From Barthelona sp. PCE (Eukaryota): DNA of 64,000 nucleotides. How positions within the stretch are numbered: the stretch's first letter is position 1; each line of letters starts with the position of its first letter. Shown one piece after another: positions 10,451 to 19,922 of this stretch. The translations under genes and the position numbers were made by a program. Under the pieces are notes generated by a model. That model had not been told where the DNA came from. It did not search any database and saw nothing but the letters and a program-made list of their open reading frames with translations. Location of the stretch: the NCBI GenBank assembly GCA_040285745.1, contig JAUFOR010000008.1, positions 372,001 through 436,000 of the forward strand, read 5' to 3'.

Positions 10451-12229
10451 CTATAGAACAAGCGAAGCTGTGAGATTTACGAGCTCCTTTTCAATCTCAC
10501 TCAAGTTGGGAATAGCGTTGGAGTTCAGTGCAGAACGCATTTTTTCAACATTTTCTTGTTGTTTGGTGTCTAAATTCATCTTTTCGATGATAGAAAGGTC
10601 ACCCAGCAGCCGTGAGATCGTATCTTCTCTACTTTCTAACTTTTGTGTAAGAGCATCAATTTCAGATCTTGACATACCACCGCTACTCTTCACCTTGATC
10701 GACTTGGAGGCACCGCTAAACTTATCCTTGGCAGAAACATGCACAAAACCTGATGCGTCAATGGAAAAAGTAACCTCTATCTGGGCCATCCCCTTTGGCA
10801 TAGCAGGGATATCACATAATTGAAATTCACCCAGCAATGAGTTCTGCCCGGAGAAGACACTTTCTCCCTGCAGCACACGCACAGTTACCTGAGTTTGATT
10901 GTCTTCCACCGTTGTAAATGATTGCGATGAGGTGCACGGTACTTTTGAATTTCTCGCAATAATGGTACCCATGCGGCCGCCCTGGATCTCAATTCCGAGT
11001 GTAAGGGGGGCAACATCAAGCAAAAGAACATCGGAAACCTCACCACTAAGAATACCTGCTTGAATAGCAGCACCTTCAGCAACAACCTCATCAGGGTTGA
11101 CAGCCAGAGATGGCTTCTGGCGGAAGAAGGCCTCGACAGCCTCGCGTACAAGAGGCATGCGCGTTTGTCCACCAACTAACAAAACCTCATCAACTTCTTG
11201 AACTGAAAGTCCAGCATCGCTCATTGTCTGTTTGCAGCATTTCTTGAATGTGTCCACCAACACTGAAGACCGCGCCTCAAACTCGCTACGAGACACCGTA
11301 CATTCGACGTGGCGTGGCTCCCCGTCTACAAAACTAATAAATGGAACAGAGACCACCGCGGATGATGATTGTGAAAGGGAAATCTTTGCAGCCTCACAGG
11401 CTTCTGCCAGCCTTGCGATGGAACTAGGGGACGCTCTAATGGCATCAGCCAAGCTCTTATCGCATCGCTCAAGAACTATATCTGTGATTATTTTTGTGAA
11501 GTCTTCGCCTCCGAGGAATGTGTTTCCATGGGTAGCAACGACCTCATACACGTTGTTCGGGGTCAGACGCAGAAGCGTAACGTCGAATGTACCGCCTCCT
11601 AGATCAAACACCGCAATAATCTGATCAACATCCTTGCTCTTGATACCGTACGCTAATGCGGCTGCGGTGGGTTCGTTCAGTGTGCGGAGAACTTCAAGTC
11701 CCGCGATTTCACCTGCGTTTTTGGTCGCTTGACGTTGGGACTCATCAAAATAACTGGGGCAAGTTATGATTGCCTGCGTGACTTTCTCGTTCATTACTGC
11801 TTCAACACGCTCTTTCAGGTGCTGGAGCACATGGGCTCCAACCTCTACAGGTGACACAACATCGTTATTTGTTCTCTTTAGATGAGCGTCACCATGTTCG
11901 CTTTTGACAACTGAAAACGGTGTCTGAGAATCATAGACTGACACAAGAGGATCCTCAAATCTACGTCCAATAAGTCTTTTGGTGGCGAAGAAGGTATCTT
12001 TAGCATTCTGACTGGCTTGTCTCTGTGCCACTGATCCGACCAGTACTTGATCTCCCTTGAATGCAACGACCGAAGGAGTCGTGCGCGACCCCTCACTATT
12101 CTCAATGATTCTTGCTTTACCATCTTCAAAAACTGAAACGGCGCTGTTGCTTGTACCGAGGTCGACTCCCATAATCAAATCGCGCAGTACGCGCATAACT
12201 AGTTCCCTTTTTTTGAATAAAGTAAGCAT
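10451..12229 (-). CDS. Divergent mitochondrial/DnaK-type Hsp70 (candidate mitochondrion-related-organelle chaperone)
   Basis: GVDLGTSNS, IENSEGSRTTPSVVAF, FFATKRLIGRRFEDP, FDLGGGTFDV, NPDEVVAEGAAIQ, VLLLDVAPL. No EEVD or KDEL tail. Alternative start at 12196. Confidence 0.9.
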   Translation of the reverse strand: MLTLFKKRELVMRVLRDLIMGVDLGTSNSAVSVFEDGKARIIENSEGSRTTPSVVAFKGDQVLVGSVAQRQASQNAKDTFFATKRLIGRRFEDPLVSVYDSQTPFSVVKSEHGDAHLKRTNNDVVSPVEVGAHVLQHLKERVEAVMNEKVTQAIITCPSYFDESQRQATKNAGEIAGLEVLRTLNEPTAAALAYGIKSKDVDQIIAVFDLGGGTFDVTLLRLTPNNVYEVVATHGNTFLGGEDFTKIITDIVLERCDKSLADAIRASPSSIARLAEACEAAKISLSQSSSAVVSVPFISFVDGEPRHVECTVSRSEFEARSSVLVDTFKKCCKQTMSDAGLSVQEVDEVLLVGGQTRMPLVREAVEAFFRQKPSLAVNPDEVVAEGAAIQAGILSGEVSDVLLLDVAPLTLGIEIQGGRMGTIIARNSKVPCTSSQSFTTVEDNQTQVTVRVLQGESVFSGQNSLLGEFQLCDIPAMPKGMAQIEVTFSIDASGFVHVSAKDKFSGASKSIKVKSSGGMSRSEIDALTQKLESREDTISRLLGDLSIIEKMNLDTKQQENVEKMRSALNSNAIPNLSEIEKELVNLTASLVL

Positions 12230-12328
12230 TTAGTAAAAAGAATGAGGAAGATAAAACTAATACACTTTCTCTCTTGTTAAATATGTTCACATTTATATTA
12301 TTTAAGTGGAATGCACAAATAAAAGCGT

Positions 12329-13381
12329 TTATTCATCAAAATTTTCAAGTCCTTCACCGGTTTCAACAACCTGCTCATCAACTTCAGTTTCACTTATTTC
12401 TTCGGCTTCTCCTTCATTAGCTGTTTCCTCTTCATTCTCATCCTCCAAGACAATACCTCTGTTCCTTAACTTCTCCTGTTCTTGTTCAGTTCTCTGTTGA
12501 ATCTTTCTGCTCTTGAGCTCGTCTTCATCCTTGGACTTTTTTTTCAAAAACTCAATCACCTCCTTTAGATCCTTCACAATTGTTTTGCCTTCCAGGAGAC
12601 GCATTTTCACCCTCTGTTTTAACGTTTTCAGCGCATCAGAATCAGGAACATCCTTCATCTTCATATGCACTGTTTTAAGACCTTGTAATACTTCTTTCTC
12701 GTCATTGAACAGCTGTATACTCTCCTTCAACTGTGTTAATGTTGTTGTAAATACTTGCTCTTTCTCTTGCTTTTTTTGAACTCGTTGATCGAAACCCTTA
12801 AACTTATTCTTCTTTCTCTGGGTGTTGAATTGTCTATAGTTGTCTTCCTCCTCAAAATCAGGTTGTTTAAAACTACCCATATATTCTACTGCAAAAGTTT
12901 GTCCTTTAATAATTAGTTTTCCATTTCGAAATGCACATTCAGCGTCTGATTGGTTTGTGAACTCAAGAACCGTGCTTCCATCGTTATTGTCCTTCTTACT
13001 TCCAGTTATTTCTCCATATATAGAGAAATGACGCATTAAAATATGTGCTTTATCAATAACTGGACTGATATCCCTGATAATAAGAAGTTTTCGGGGGTCT
13101 GGGCCCCTTTGGCGCTGTGGTGCTACTCGGTTTAGCCGAATATGCACATTGCCCTCATTGTTTTGAACGCTAAGGTTGTCCTGGTTGCCTTCATGTGAAT
13201 CATAATGGCGTGGCCCATATCTGTGACCTCCCTGTGACCCATGGAACTTACCTTGCTGTCTTTTTGGTTCTTCTTGATACTCTTCAAAATTTGAATTGTT
13301 GTTAGATCGATTTTTTGAAGATCTGTGAGGTTTCCTGTCGCTCGAAGCCCTCTTTCGCTCGTATATCCGAGGTGCGTTCAT
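12329..13381 (-). CDS. RRM + coiled-coil RNA-binding protein (RBM26/27-like RRM)
   Basis: RRM: KLLIIRDI...HFSIYGEI...TVLEFTNQSDAECAF. Start placed at MNAPR (13381); the in-frame ATG at 13432 abuts the next gene. Confidence 0.7.
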   Translation of the reverse strand: MNAPRIYERKRASSDRKPHRSSKNRSNNNSNFEEYQEEPKRQQGKFHGSQGGHRYGPRHYDSHEGNQDNLSVQNNEGNVHIRLNRVAPQRQRGPDPRKLLIIRDISPVIDKAHILMRHFSIYGEITGSKKDNNDGSTVLEFTNQSDAECAFRNGKLIIKGQTFAVEYMGSFKQPDFEEEDNYRQFNTQRKKNKFKGFDQRVQKKQEKEQVFTTTLTQLKESIQLFNDEKEVLQGLKTVHMKMKDVPDSDALKTLKQRVKMRLLEGKTIVKDLKEVIEFLKKKSKDEDELKSRKIQQRTEQEQEKLRNRGIVLEDENEEETANEGEAEEISETEVDEQVVETGEGLENFDE

Positions 13382-13434
13382 TTGAATATGGGAATAAAGG
13401 TGTATTTGCTTAAAGCATTCTTTTCGCTTCATTT

Positions 13435-14568
13435 ATGCGAATAATTTTCTTTACAATAGTGGCCGTTTGCTTGGCAACGGTCATGGCTACAGGGGAATTG
13501 ATTAGTCTGGTACATATAACGAGACACGGTGATCGTTCACCACTGCGTGCTTATGGAAATCCTGGTAAGTCCGCACAATGGAATTGTTCGATGGATTATA
13601 ACTACTACACAACGGATGGTCACGAAGATTACGATCGAGTTTATTCAAAGTTTTGGACTCCGAACGAACAGGTGATTAAGGGTAACTGCTACATGGGTCA
13701 GCTCACCAAGCGCGGTGCTCGTCAACACTACGATCTGGGACGTCAGTTGAGGGAGAAGTATCGTACTTTTCTGCCAGAGAAATGTGTTGAGCCAACTTGT
13801 CATGTTCGTGCTACTTTTATCGAGCGTACGCAGATCTCAGCACGCTTCAACATATTGGGTATGTTCCCTGCAGGTGATGAAGAAGATATCGTTGACATTC
13901 ACGTAGTTGATGAGAAAGCAGATTACATGTACGGGAACATGAACCCTACAGTATGTCCTGCCATTGTCAACTACGTAGATAAGTTCAGAAACTCAGATGA
14001 ATACAAGACAGAGATCGCTAAGATTAATCAGCACAAGGCTTGGTTCCGTGAGAACTTCCCTGGGCACAATGTGGGGGATTGGGGATTGGTGTATGACTGG
14101 TTCCACTGTAGACACTCAAACAATATCGCAGATCCAGTAGAGTTACCTGATGGATTTTTGGAGAAATTGAAAACTTTCACGATCTTTAATTATTATAATT
14201 TTGCTAATCATACACTTAAATTATATATCGGAAATCATGCCAAGGAGGTTGTTTCACTGTTACGCAATATTACAAATGGAAATTTGGAGAGGAAATATAC
14301 TTTTTACAGTGGACATGATGTTACAATTATCCCGTGGATGATTATGTTGGAGATGCCCCGCAACTTCCCTGATTATGCATCACATTTTGAGATTGAACTG
14401 TTTAGAAATGATGATGGATATTATATTCGTGTATACTATAATGACGATGTTGTTCAGCTCAAGGATAGTGACGATAACGGGTTCATCCGGTTTGAGAAGT
14501 TTGAAAACATGCTCAAACCATATTTCCCAGAGAATTGGAGAGATGATTGTCAGTCAATGGTTTTTTAA
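13435..14568 (+). CDS. Secreted/lysosomal histidine acid phosphatase
   Basis: Signal peptide, RHGDRSP catalytic motif, GQLT..G, YSGHD motif. Confidence 0.93.
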   Translation: MRIIFFTIVAVCLATVMATGELISLVHITRHGDRSPLRAYGNPGKSAQWNCSMDYNYYTTDGHEDYDRVYSKFWTPNEQVIKGNCYMGQLTKRGARQHYDLGRQLREKYRTFLPEKCVEPTCHVRATFIERTQISARFNILGMFPAGDEEDIVDIHVVDEKADYMYGNMNPTVCPAIVNYVDKFRNSDEYKTEIAKINQHKAWFRENFPGHNVGDWGLVYDWFHCRHSNNIADPVELPDGFLEKLKTFTIFNYYNFANHTLKLYIGNHAKEVVSLLRNITNGNLERKYTFYSGHDVTIIPWMIMLEMPRNFPDYASHFEIELFRNDDGYYIRVYYNDDVVQLKDSDDNGFIRFEKFENMLKPYFPENWRDDCQSMVF

Positions 14569-14630
14569 AAAAAATAATTTACAGCGTAACGAGTCCACGT
14601 CGTACACGGAGTTAGAAGTAAAGAAAAACG

Positions 14631-14831
14631 TTAGTTCATTCTTTTTTTAAAGAATTTTCTGAATCTTGATCGTTGTTCAATAGTTAGAGACATATTATCT
14701 CTTTGGCACGATGGATTTCTATCATATTCCACAACTGCATGGGCCAGACGAAGCAATTCTGTATTAGGTTCAGTTGATATTATGAGGGGTTTTTTAAATG
14801 GCAGCAGCGAGGGTCTTAAATTCAAATTCAT
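14631..14831 (-). CDS. Possible 66-aa small protein
   Basis: ATG-started ORF in an otherwise empty ~500-bp gap, with a basic C-terminus; no homology recognised. Confidence 0.3.
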   Translation of the reverse strand: MNLNLRPSLLPFKKPLIISTEPNTELLRLAHAVVEYDRNPSCQRDNMSLTIEQRSRFRKFFKKRMN

Positions 14832-15062
14832 GAGTTTTGTTGCTTTGTATAGATTATAATCGAGAAAACAATAGTATTTGAGCTATTTACACAGTTTACA
14901 AAAGAAAGACAACTCTACAAAATTTTCCGTGTTAGCTATTTGTATTTTGCCCAAATCAATGGGTAAAGTGCCTCACATAGTTAAAATTAATGAAAATACG
15001 TAAAAGAGAGTTATTTTCAAATCAAATTTATAAATGGTTTTATTGTAAAGATTAAAATGGGG

Positions 15063-16055
15063 TTACATGGCGGTCAGTGGATATGTAAGCTCTGAATCAG
15101 TGGAGTTTTCTGAAGAGGAGCTAGAAGATGACAAGAAGTCAGAAGGTATAAGAGATGCTTTCCTTGCTTTCCTGAAAAGGCGTTTTCCGCATCTAGGGCA
15201 AAAATTAAAAATCCTTCGTACTTTAAAATCACAGTTTGAACAAGATTGTTTTGCTTTTAAAGCACGAGCAACAGTAAAACCAGTTGGAAGACTGAGAATT
15301 CCAAAACCAACAAGCATAGAAAGAGAAGCAATGGCTTTTGACCATCCATTTTCCGGGGCCAAATCGCCAAACCCAGTTGTTGTGAGCGTTACAATTGCAA
15401 AATAAATAGCAATAGGGAGAGACTCAAGGCTTGGATCAACAGCATACATCATTGCTGCAAACATAATACACACCAAAAACAATGCAAGAACAAATATCAA
15501 AATTTTCCGCCTTGATTCAACAAAAGCTTGTTTGAATTCGTTCGCCTCCTTTGCATATATATCCAGATTAAGTATACGAAATACTCTAAAAAGACGTAAA
15601 GCTCGGATCATAGAAACTGCATGATCATCATAAAACCCTGAAAAATGGATTGTTGCGGGTACTATAGACAAAATGTCAACAATTCCAAAAGCTGAAAATA
15701 TATATTCCTTGCGATTTGGTGATGACCAGATGCGCAAAATGTATTCCACAATGAATATACCCAATAAAATTTCATCAATAATGATGTACACTTCTAACAT
15801 GTGTTCGTATTCTTTAACTGTTTCAAGACAAATCAAAATTACTGAAGTTACAATGAGCAACAATAAAACTATATCAAAAACAAGACCTGTTCTATCGTAT
15901 GTGTGGAAAAGAACATCGTATGTCCATTTCTTCAATGTTTTACGTTGAGGAATAACTTTTTCAGCATCTGGAGAATATTTCTTGAAATCACTTAAACTGC
16001 TTGAACGGAGTGATATTGTTTCTATAACAACAACATCATCATCGTCCGTCGACAT
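15063..16055 (-). CDS. 6-TM voltage-gated K+ channel (prokaryotic ion-transporter type) with C-terminal zinc ribbon
   Basis: S4 segment RALRLFRVFRIL, pore AIYFAIVTLTTTGFGD, tail CSNC...FCPRCG. ATG at 16055. Confidence 0.9.
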   Translation of the reverse strand: MSTDDDDVVVIETISLRSSSLSDFKKYSPDAEKVIPQRKTLKKWTYDVLFHTYDRTGLVFDIVLLLLIVTSVILICLETVKEYEHMLEVYIIIDEILLGIFIVEYILRIWSSPNRKEYIFSAFGIVDILSIVPATIHFSGFYDDHAVSMIRALRLFRVFRILNLDIYAKEANEFKQAFVESRRKILIFVLALFLVCIMFAAMMYAVDPSLESLPIAIYFAIVTLTTTGFGDLAPENGWSKAIASLSMLVGFGILSLPTGFTVARALKAKQSCSNCDFKVRRIFNFCPRCGKRLFRKARKASLIPSDFLSSSSSSSENSTDSELTYPLTAM

Positions 16056-16613
16056 TAACAAGGTGTAATTAAAGCCCAAATAATGCAAAGAGGATGTATA
16101 GTTGATTATGAGTGGTGTTTTACGTATTTTCGATTCCAGTTGCAATTTTGATGGGTAAACCTTATGAGAAGGTCTGTAATGTCAAAGATATGTGAGATAT
16201 TGATTGTCATTGGTTCTATTGCTTTTGTGGCTGTACAGCACCCAGAAAAGTATATATTGGGTTGAAACACAAAAGAACAGTAGCAAAATGTTGATTGTTA
16301 CATATAGAAAGATGGAATACGAGTCAATTGCTTTTATGAGACTCTATTTGATCATTTCAGTGGACTCATGTATCTCAAAATAGGCTCTATTGAACACAAA
16401 TAGTAGCTCTTTGAAAAGAACAAACCGCCTGTTATATTATGTGGCATTTTTTTTGGAAGCGTTTTGTCTATGTTAATTCTGTTGCAACGTAAAATTTGTG
16501 TTTTTACTCTGGAAAAACTGTAAAAAAACAATGTGGCAAGTAATAATTTCAACATAATGATCGTTTTTGTTTTTTTCAAGGTATTCGGGAACATATTTTG
16601 TATAAAGGGGACC

Positions 16614-17243
16614 ATGTCAGCACCTAAATCCGAAACAACAGCACAGGCACCGGCAAGCGGTCAATCTGAAGGAAATCAGATTAATTTGAAGGTGGGGGTA
16701 CTTGGCGCTCTGCACGCAGGTAAAACTAGTTTACTACAACGATACATCAACAATAGATTTGGGGAACAGTACCTAGCTACACTTGGTGTGAATTTTCTTA
16801 CAAAGAGCGTTCAGTTAAAGAATGCAAACGTTACGTTCTATCTTTATGACCTCGGTGGTCAGCAGGAATTCCAAAGCATGCTCCCTATTGTGTGTAACGA
16901 TGCTGCATGTATCATTTTTTGTTTCGACCTTACTAGCAAAGCTTCACTTGTCTCATTGGGTGATTGGTATAAACAAGCCCGCGCACTCAACCAGGTGGCG
17001 GTCCCCATTCTTGTTGGAACGAAGTATGATCTCTTTTCTAGCATGACTGAGGCTGAGCAGCGGTCGATGCTTGAGAGCGCCAGAGCGTATGCCAATGCTA
17101 TGAACGCACCACTGGTGTTCAGTTCTTCCAAGTATGGTATCCACATTAACAATATATTTAAAATTGCGTTATCTAAAATTTTCAAAATTAATTTGAATCT
17201 TGAGCGTATTTCTACATTAGGAGAACCAATTTTGGAATATTGA
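16614..17243 (+). CDS. SPG1: Spg1/Tem1 family small GTPase
   Basis: TLGVNF, DLGGQQEF..MLPIVCNDA, FDLT, WYKQAR.LN..AVPILVGTKYD, and a C-terminal GEPILEY with no prenylation motif. Confidence 0.9.
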   Translation: MSAPKSETTAQAPASGQSEGNQINLKVGVLGALHAGKTSLLQRYINNRFGEQYLATLGVNFLTKSVQLKNANVTFYLYDLGGQQEFQSMLPIVCNDAACIIFCFDLTSKASLVSLGDWYKQARALNQVAVPILVGTKYDLFSSMTEAEQRSMLESARAYANAMNAPLVFSSSKYGIHINNIFKIALSKIFKINLNLERISTLGEPILEY

Positions 17244-17499
17244 ATATAGTTTAGACATTAAATATTCCACCACATTGCTCTTGATCAGTATTATGTACAA
17301 AAAATATTTGAATTGAGTAATAATAAAGTCGCAACAAATATTGTGGAATTTTTTTTCGATAAACACTGCAGAAAGATAGTTTTGTGATGAATTAGGATAT
17401 TAGTTCACCACTAACAAAGTAAAGTGCTGTATTTGTTTTTCAAACTGTTTTAACAGCTTTCCAAAGTTTTTAAGACTAAGAGTGTGATGGGCAACTGAA

Positions 17500-18336
17500 A
17501 TGAGCGAAGAAAACTTTTCAGATATACTAAATACTTTTGGAGAATGCCTTAACGATGTTAAGTTGAATATGGGAACATACAAAGCACAGATTACAGCTTT
17601 GGACGACGAAATAACGTTCGTAAAGGGGAAGATGATGGGAGTTTCGGCGTTCACACCGAGTTTGAGGGGATCCACCGTGCTTCCACAATCTCTCTTTGTT
17701 CCTTCACAGTTGGGATTTGAGGCTGCTTCTCCTAACATAAAGCAACCTGACAGATGCTTTCCAGGCCACGAGAAACGCACAAACACAGCAGTTTCATTAC
17801 TGGATCAGATCCATTCGATGGCAAAGTTGATTCAAGTCAAAATAGATGCAGCAGACTGTGTATCTATACGAAACGGGCTTGAGATGTCCACTAACGTGAC
17901 AATTTCACAGTTAGATGATCAAATAGCACTGAACGTATGTACATTTTCGGAGATCCTTAATTTATATTTACTCTCTCTCTCAAAGTATTGCAAACAAGGG
18001 CGTGTGATAACATCAAAGCGCATGGAAGAGTGGTTGCTGACTGAATCATCAATGAATGTGGAGAAGAGGTTACAAATAGACACATTTCTCTCTTTTTTAA
18101 ATGATGATGAGTCTGTACGTTTATTTATTGCAGTTTTACAGCTTATGCTATCCCTTTTGACACGCTTGAATCAAGCAGATAGGGCAACACATCTCCGCAG
18201 TGAAAATATCAGAAGAGTAACGGATGCATTTGTGTTTAGTCTTTTACCTTCAGGCTTTGCATCTTCTTCGAAGCAAATTTTTGTCTCGCATCACCTAGCG
18301 CAGCTTCTATCAGCTCATCTCTTTCGTTTAAGCTAG
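17500..18336 (+). CDS. Hypothetical protein, possibly a degenerate RhoGAP-like fold
   Basis: SEILNLYLLSL and LMLSLLTRLNQ...LRSENI...FSLL loosely echo RhoGAP helices. The ORF is solid but the family call is weak. Confidence 0.6.
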   Translation: MSEENFSDILNTFGECLNDVKLNMGTYKAQITALDDEITFVKGKMMGVSAFTPSLRGSTVLPQSLFVPSQLGFEAASPNIKQPDRCFPGHEKRTNTAVSLLDQIHSMAKLIQVKIDAADCVSIRNGLEMSTNVTISQLDDQIALNVCTFSEILNLYLLSLSKYCKQGRVITSKRMEEWLLTESSMNVEKRLQIDTFLSFLNDDESVRLFIAVLQLMLSLLTRLNQADRATHLRSENIRRVTDAFVFSLLPSGFASSSKQIFVSHHLAQLLSAHLFRLS

Positions 18337-18860
18337 TTATGTAAAAAATATAGAATCTTTTTTTGTGCAGGTATGCTATTCTTGTTTATGACACTTATTT
18401 GTTTGCTTAGTGGTGCTCATAACGTATTTGAAACCCGTGCATAAGTTACAACAATTATTTTCTATCAAAATAGTTGAAAATGGATATCTTTCCAATTTAG
18501 AGAGTAACACACTTAAAATTACTTTACATTGTCGCTAAAAGGAGCATTGGTACACTCTACAATTTCAACTATAACACAAAACTGAGGTTTTTGTAGTAAA
18601 ATAGTATTCTTTTCAGAATTACCGTATTTTCCTTGGGTCATGCCAGAATTATGTGGAACCATGGGTGTCCAACTGTGGGATAAGTATAATTGAGTAAATA
18701 GGCTTTGTGACCAAGGACAGTTCGTGGTGAGCCTCATAGTAGGACAATAAAATTTTTTGGTTTGTATATGTTAATTCACATTGAACGGCCCATATACCAC
18801 CCGTTAAACAGCAAAACATTACAAAAGAGCCTGTAAAAACTTATTTTCACATTTTCACTC

Positions 18861-19838
18861 ATGAACGAGATTAATACCTATTTACCAGATATTGACGACA
18901 CAACAGATCAATCAGACATGTTATTTGCACCACCCCCATCATCTATAACGGGCATACAGCCGCCCTCAGCTGTACAACCTATGTCACTAAGCAGTAGTGC
19001 AGGCCATCAACCTTCAATGCACGGCCACAACAGCTTCTCAGCCACCCTACCGGCTCAATCCTTTATCCAGCAACGACCAGCTGGCTTCTCTCAACAAATC
19101 ATTAGCGCTTTTCCTCAGGCTAACACACACAACACCATTCTAGTCCACCATGCTCCTAAGGGTATGTCTCCTGGCTTAACTTCTTTTAAGTCATTGAACA
19201 TTGCATCTCCTCAACTTTTTTCTGTTGCTCAACCTAGCCAACAAATGCAGAACCTTGGAGATGATATCCTTTCAGTCAAGATCCTTGCCCGTAACGCTGA
19301 TAACAGCCGTATGGATGTTCTTGTCTATGACGGTGCAACCCCTCGTCAGGCATCACTCATTTTTAATTCTGCCCCTGACACACACATGTACCATTCTCGT
19401 CCAGAGAGAGATTCCCAAGGTCGTCTGAGGATACCGAAGGAAGAACTGGAGAGATTGGTGAGGGACGGTTACACCAACAAGCAAATCGCAAATCAATTCT
19501 CGGTATCGACTAATACCATAAAGAGGAGAATAGCAGAGTTCTTTTCCAAGGACCAAATCGAAACTTTCAGAAAAGAAGGCCGTCATATCAGAAAGTTACG
19601 CTCAACTCCTCTCCCAGCTCAAAAAACCCCAGGTTATGGTCCTGTTTCTGGTATAGAAGCTCCATCCAGCACAGTGCTTAACCTTGGTCCCTCTAGATCT
19701 AACGAAGACTTGACTGCAAAAACGGAGACAACTACTGAAAGTAGGGAAATATCGTTCGGTACCAGAGACCGATCTTTGGATATTCAAGCATCGCAATCGC
19801 TTGATTTCTCCAACCCAATTAACAACCCATTCTTTTAG
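18861..19838 (+). CDS. Putative transcription factor: Q/P/S-rich N-terminus + helix-turn-helix
   Basis: IPKEELERLVRDGYTNKQIANQFSVSTNTIKRRI fits a tri-helical HTH. Confidence 0.75.
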   Translation: MNEINTYLPDIDDTTDQSDMLFAPPPSSITGIQPPSAVQPMSLSSSAGHQPSMHGHNSFSATLPAQSFIQQRPAGFSQQIISAFPQANTHNTILVHHAPKGMSPGLTSFKSLNIASPQLFSVAQPSQQMQNLGDDILSVKILARNADNSRMDVLVYDGATPRQASLIFNSAPDTHMYHSRPERDSQGRLRIPKEELERLVRDGYTNKQIANQFSVSTNTIKRRIAEFFSKDQIETFRKEGRHIRKLRSTPLPAQKTPGYGPVSGIEAPSSTVLNLGPSRSNEDLTAKTETTTESREISFGTRDRSLDIQASQSLDFSNPINNPFF

Positions 19839-19922
19839 CATGTCAATAAACCACATATAGTTATGTAACGTTTGTTTGTATTTTTTCACCCAATTCATTT
19901 TTTTCAGCTTTTTTTGTACGCT

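Noticed and set aside
18369-18376. Orphan AG/GTATGC donor (possible split intron)
   Set aside because: It is downstream of a stop codon, with no coding exon or matching acceptor; a 6-mer is expected by chance.
18519-18737. 72-aa ORF or U1-like ATACTTAT on the minus strand
   Set aside because: No recognisable protein; it lacks ACTTAC and U1 stem-loops, and the Sm-like site is too close.
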